64,000 nucleotides of DNA, taken from NCBI GenBank assembly GCA_900546645.1, contig URDR01000004.1, positions 1,589-65,588 on the forward strand. The letters run 5' to 3'. Every line of letters starts with the position of its first letter. Position 1 is the first letter of the stretch. A program made the position numbers and the translations under genes. This document shows positions 60,450 through 64,000 of the stretch, one piece after another. This DNA comes from an uncultured Bacteroides sp. (GTDB taxonomy: Bacteria; Bacteroidota; Bacteroidia; Bacteroidales; Bacteroidaceae). Under the pieces are notes generated by a model. That model was not told where the DNA came from, did no database searches, and was given only the letters and a program-made list of their open reading frames with translations.

Positions 60450-61160
60450 ATGCGGCAATTTATATTCTCCATCTTTTTCCTCTTATTACCGGGCTCTGTA
60501 TTTGTTACGGGTAAATCAGGGATGCCCGAAGTAAACCGCGCCATTAAGACGGATGTGGCGACAGAATTGTATGAGTCTATGGCTTTGGAAGGCGTTTTGA
60601 ATAAAGAAGCTTTCTGTCAAGCAGTGACCGGGTATTGGAAGATTACAGACCGGAAGCGAGAGGTACTTACCGTGATTGACTTTTCAAAACCCTCTACAGA
60701 ACAACGTCTTTATGTTTTTGATATGAAGGAACATAAGATGCTCTTCTCTTCAGTGGTTGCTCATGGGCGGAACAGCGGAAATAATTATGCCACTTCTTTC
60801 TCTAATGAATATGGTTCATATAAAAGTTCGTTAGGATTTTATCTTACCGAAACCACCTATCAGGGAAAAAATGGTTATTCGCTTATCTTAAATGGTTTGG
60901 AAAAGGGTATCAATGATAAGGCCCGGATGCGTTCGATAGTAGTGCATGGAGCGGATTATGCTGATCCTTCGGTTGCAAGGTGCGGTGGTCGCTTAGGGCG
61001 AAGCTTGGGGTGTCCGGCTCTTCCTCCGGCTCTGTCCCGTCCTATTATTGATGCAATCAAGGGAGGAAGTGTGATGTATATTTACGCTGGAACAGCCGAT
61101 TATCTGGCTCACAGTTCAATCTTGCATTCAAGTGATTCTTTACAACTGAAGCGCTTATAA
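60450..61160 (+). CDS. Murein L,D-transpeptidase catalytic domain protein (YkuD_2)
   Basis: IDFSKPS, VAHGRNSG, SSLGFY, HGA.Y, GRSLGCP. Confidence 0.88.
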   Translation: MRQFIFSIFFLLLPGSVFVTGKSGMPEVNRAIKTDVATELYESMALEGVLNKEAFCQAVTGYWKITDRKREVLTVIDFSKPSTEQRLYVFDMKEHKMLFSSVVAHGRNSGNNYATSFSNEYGSYKSSLGFYLTETTYQGKNGYSLILNGLEKGINDKARMRSIVVHGADYADPSVARCGGRLGRSLGCPALPPALSRPIIDAIKGGSVMYIYAGTADYLAHSSILHSSDSLQLKRL

Positions 61161-61178
61161 GGCTTAAATAAAATATAG

Positions 61179-61225
61179 AAGAGCCGTATCAAGCTTAGCT
61201 GTGTGAGGTGTTGATACGGCTCTTT
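61179..61225. terminator. Terminator between convergent genes
   Basis: aagagccgtatcaa/ttgatacggctctt stem. Confidence 0.75.
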
Positions 61226-61279
61226 ACTTATGGAACAGGCGTTCCTGTGAGCATCTTATCTGTTCTTTCCCGTAAATCT

Positions 61280-61756
61280 TTATACTAACTGATATTCATC
61301 TGTGTAATATAAGAATGGGAATGCATTTTGCTGGTATTCGAATAATTCTTCAGGCTGGAAGAAACGGGCTACTTCAGTAGCTGCAGTTTTGGGAGAATCG
61401 GAAGTATGAATAATGTTCTCTTGTGAACTCATACTGAAATCACCTCGGATGGTACCCGGAATGGCTACTCGTCCGTTTGTGGCTCCCGTCATGGAGCGGA
61501 CTACTTGAATGGCATCTACTCCTTCATAGCAACAGACAATGACAGGTGAAGCCATCATAGAAGCCTTTACACGTGCAAAAAATGGGCGTTCTGCTAAATG
61601 TGCATAATGTTCATTTAATATTTCTTCAGTAAGCTGCATCATTTTCATGCCTGCGAGGCGCAGACCTTTGCGTTCGAAACGGCTGGTTATTTCTCCGATA
61701 AGCCCACGCTGTACTGCACTGGGCTTTAAAATAACTAAAGTTTTTTCAAGGCTCAT
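61280..61756 (-). CDS. ndk: Nucleoside diphosphate kinase
   Basis: TLVILKP.AVQR, HY, PGTIRGDF, NIIHTSDS. Confidence 0.96.
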   Translation of the reverse strand: MSLEKTLVILKPSAVQRGLIGEITSRFERKGLRLAGMKMMQLTEEILNEHYAHLAERPFFARVKASMMASPVIVCCYEGVDAIQVVRSMTGATNGRVAIPGTIRGDFSMSSQENIIHTSDSPKTAATEVARFFQPEELFEYQQNAFPFLYYTDEYQLV

Positions 61757-61778
61757 AATAGTATTTTTGTTATAAGGT

Positions 61779-61814
61779 TTATACAAAAGTATCTTTTTAT
61801 ACAAAAGTATCTTT
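61779..61814 (-). promoter_or_regulatory. Perfect 18-bp tandem duplication containing the ndk -7 box
   Basis: ttatacaaaagtatcttt x2; each copy reads TACTTTTG on the minus strand. Confidence 0.7.
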
Positions 61815-62018
61815 AATTCGCGCCAAATATAGGTTTTATTTTTATATACAGCAAGTAAAGTTTCTGTTTTTCTGAAGTTGCTGCTCTTAAATGGTAACTT
61901 TTTGTTCATAATCCCCTTTTAAGGCTTATGTTTCTACCTGATATCTTAATAAAGACAAAAAACGTTTTATTATTGTTTTTTATCTTTATTTTTACTTTCA
62001 AACTAAAAATACAAACGC

Positions 62019-62611
62019 ATGTTACGTAAAATTCGATTAACACTTTCCATTCTGTTTTTTGTAATGGTAACTTTTTTATTCCTTGACTTTACCGGTTTGC
62101 TTCATGGATGGTTTGGCCGTGTTGGCATGGCGTAACGGGCGCACCTATTGCAATGCCATCTGTCCGGTGGGCACATTCCTTGGGTTTATTTCCTGTTTTT
62201 CTGTTTTTCGACCCGTTATCGGTGCAGAGAAATGCCGTAACTGCCGTTTGTGTGAAAAGAGGTGCAAGTCAGCCTGTATCGATATAAAGAATCACCAGAT
62301 AGATTACAGCCGGTGTGTGGCTTGTATGGATTGTCTGGATACGTGTAAGCATGATGCTTTGCATTATGTAAACCGTTTTTCAACAAAGCGGGAAATGAAA
62401 TCCGTAAATGAGCCGGCAGGATGAAAATTATCGTCGGGCTCGGCGTGCTTTCCTTGTAGGGTATGACCGCAGCGTGCCAAAGCTGCGTCAGGCAAGTCAT
62501 TGTATCGGGTGTGAGACCTGTAACCCGCATTGTCCGCAAAGCATTGATATTCCTAAAGAACTGCATCGTATAGATGCATTTGTGGAGCAGTTGAAGCAGG
62601 ATGCATTATGA
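62019..62611 (+). pseudogene. Collapsed remnant of a 4Fe-4S membrane ferredoxin (NapH/G-like) and an Fe-S aldo/keto-reductase C-terminus
   Basis: MLRKIRLTL...FLDFTG start; out-of-frame GRTYCNAICPVG plus two CxxCxxCxxxC; then RAFLVGYDRSVPKLRQASHCIGC..C..HCPQ.IDIP in a third segment. Confidence 0.8.
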
Positions 62612-62962
62612 GGCTAAGTAAAAAACATTGATAAAGATCTGTAGGAGGATTGAATAAAGAAACGGGCAATGAAAGGTTGAGTTGCCTGCTTCTTAAGCAG
62701 ATTCTATATGTATAATATATCATGACAGCCGGATATGTATAAGGCTTGATTTATTTATATGCCTTCCGGCGAGATTATCGATACAGGGTCTGCTCGGGGA
62801 CTTGTAAATAGTCGAAGAACAGGAAAAAGAGATGGTTAATTGAGCTTAGAAACAGCGTTGCTGTTTTAATAAATGTCGTTTCCGGTTTTTAAAACCTCTG
62901 TTTGTTCATTGAATATTCCGGTGCTTTTTGTAACTTTGCGTAGTGTTTTAAGTATTAAAACT

Positions 62963-63817
62963 ATGAGAAGGAATAAAATAAATTGGCGAGTTCCCAAAGG
63001 AGCGGAACTGACCGAGTTAGATAAAAAGGTATTATATTGGCAAGAACGGGGGCATTTAGTCCCGACTCGTTCTTTAATCAAGACACCAGAACAGATTGAA
63101 GGTATCCGTAAGAGTGGCATTATCAATACGGCAGTGCTGGACCTGGTAGGGCGAGAAATCCATGCCGGCATGAGTACGGCTGAAATAGACAAATTGGTTT
63201 ACGATTATACTGTTTCTCATGGAGCTATTCCTGCTACATTAGGTTATGAAGGATTTCCTAAAAGCTGTTGCACATCTATAAATGAAGTAGTTTGCCATGG
63301 AATCCCAAGTGAAGACGAAGTTCTTGAAGAAGGGGATATCATCAACGTAGATTGTACTACGATTTTAGATGGGTATTATGCCGATGCCTCACGTATGTTT
63401 ATCGTAGGAAAAACGACTCCGGAAAAAGAAAAGCTGGTACGGGTAGCTAAAGAATGCCTGGAAGTGGGCATGCAGGCTGCACAACCTTTCGGCTTTGTGG
63501 GAGATATAGGAAACGCTATTGAAAAGCATGCTAAAAAGAATGGCTTTTCAATTGTCCGCGATTTGTGTGGCCATGGCGTAGGAGTGGAATTCCATGAAGA
63601 GCCGGATGTAGAACATTTTGGCAAGAAAGGAACGGGAATGTTGCTGGTGCCGGGTATGGTATTTACAATAGAACCGATGGTTAATATGGGAACATGGGAG
63701 GTCTTTATTGACGAAGAAGACGGATGGACTGTAGTGACTGAAGATGAGTTGCCCTCTGCGCAATGGGAGCATACGTTCTTGATGACAGATCATGGTCTTG
63801 AAATATTAACGTATTAA
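62963..63817 (+). CDS. map: Methionine aminopeptidase type I
   Basis: [40 protein letters not shown]. Confidence 0.96.
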   Translation: MRRNKINWRVPKGAELTELDKKVLYWQERGHLVPTRSLIKTPEQIEGIRKSGIINTAVLDLVGREIHAGMSTAEIDKLVYDYTVSHGAIPATLGYEGFPKSCCTSINEVVCHGIPSEDEVLEEGDIINVDCTTILDGYYADASRMFIVGKTTPEKEKLVRVAKECLEVGMQAAQPFGFVGDIGNAIEKHAKKNGFSIVRDLCGHGVGVEFHEEPDVEHFGKKGTGMLLVPGMVFTIEPMVNMGTWEVFIDEEDGWTVVTEDELPSAQWEHTFLMTDHGLEILTY

Positions 63818-64000
63818 TGAAGGTAGAAATGGATGTAATAATATTAGGTATAGAATCATCGTGTGATGACACTTCGGCTGCAGTAATTAAAAACGGGGTG
63901 TTGTTATCAAGTGTGGTGGCAAGCCAGGCTGTGCATGAGGCTTATGGAGGCGTTGTTCCTGAGTTGGCGTCACGTGCTCATCAGCAAAATATCGTCCCCG
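63817..64000 (+). CDS. tsaD: tRNA t6A threonylcarbamoyltransferase (runs off the window end; absent from the ORF track)
   Basis: [15 protein letters not shown]...[24 protein letters not shown]. Confidence 0.95.
   Translation, partial: MKVEMDVIILGIESSCDDTSAAVIKNGVLLSSVVASQAVHEAYGGVVPELASRAHQQNIVP

Noticed and set aside
1..64000. tRNA/rRNA genes, including a tRNA target for the island
   Set aside because: No cloverleaf or rRNA signature recognised by eye; tRNAscan-SE would be needed to exclude them fully

Overview
Bacteroidales (probably Bacteroides/Phocaeicola) chromosome segment, inferred from protein families and recurrent TAnnTTTG -7 promoter boxes. Left to right: a kdp K+ uptake operon with split KdpD and a trkH remnant (1-8045); a type I restriction-modification locus with small genes and repeats inserted between hsdM, hsdS and hsdR (8108-15629); tpx, a repeat-rich outer-membrane protein and an acyl-CoA ligase; a ~13.4 kb eroded integrative island (~19.45-32.88 kb); then housekeeping genes (maoC-like, xth, lptF/G-family, tgt, lon, spt, pabB/C, pdxK, serC/serA, L,D-transpeptidases, ndk, map, tsaD). 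The island is the most interesting part. It encodes a WYL regulator, RtcB, a DEDDh exonuclease, a DprA/SLOG protein, two UDG-fold proteins, an MPG-like protein, an agmatine-deiminase-fold enzyme, two proteins with apparent FtsZ C-terminal domains, and a DIP1984-family gene followed by a structured ~315-nt candidate ncRNA. Three island promoters share a 15-bp motif (TRCYTCRATTYGGCA) exactly 11 bp upstream of the -7 box, suggesting an undescribed WYL regulon for nucleic-acid damage or phage response. All family calls come from motif recognition by eye; no searches were run.
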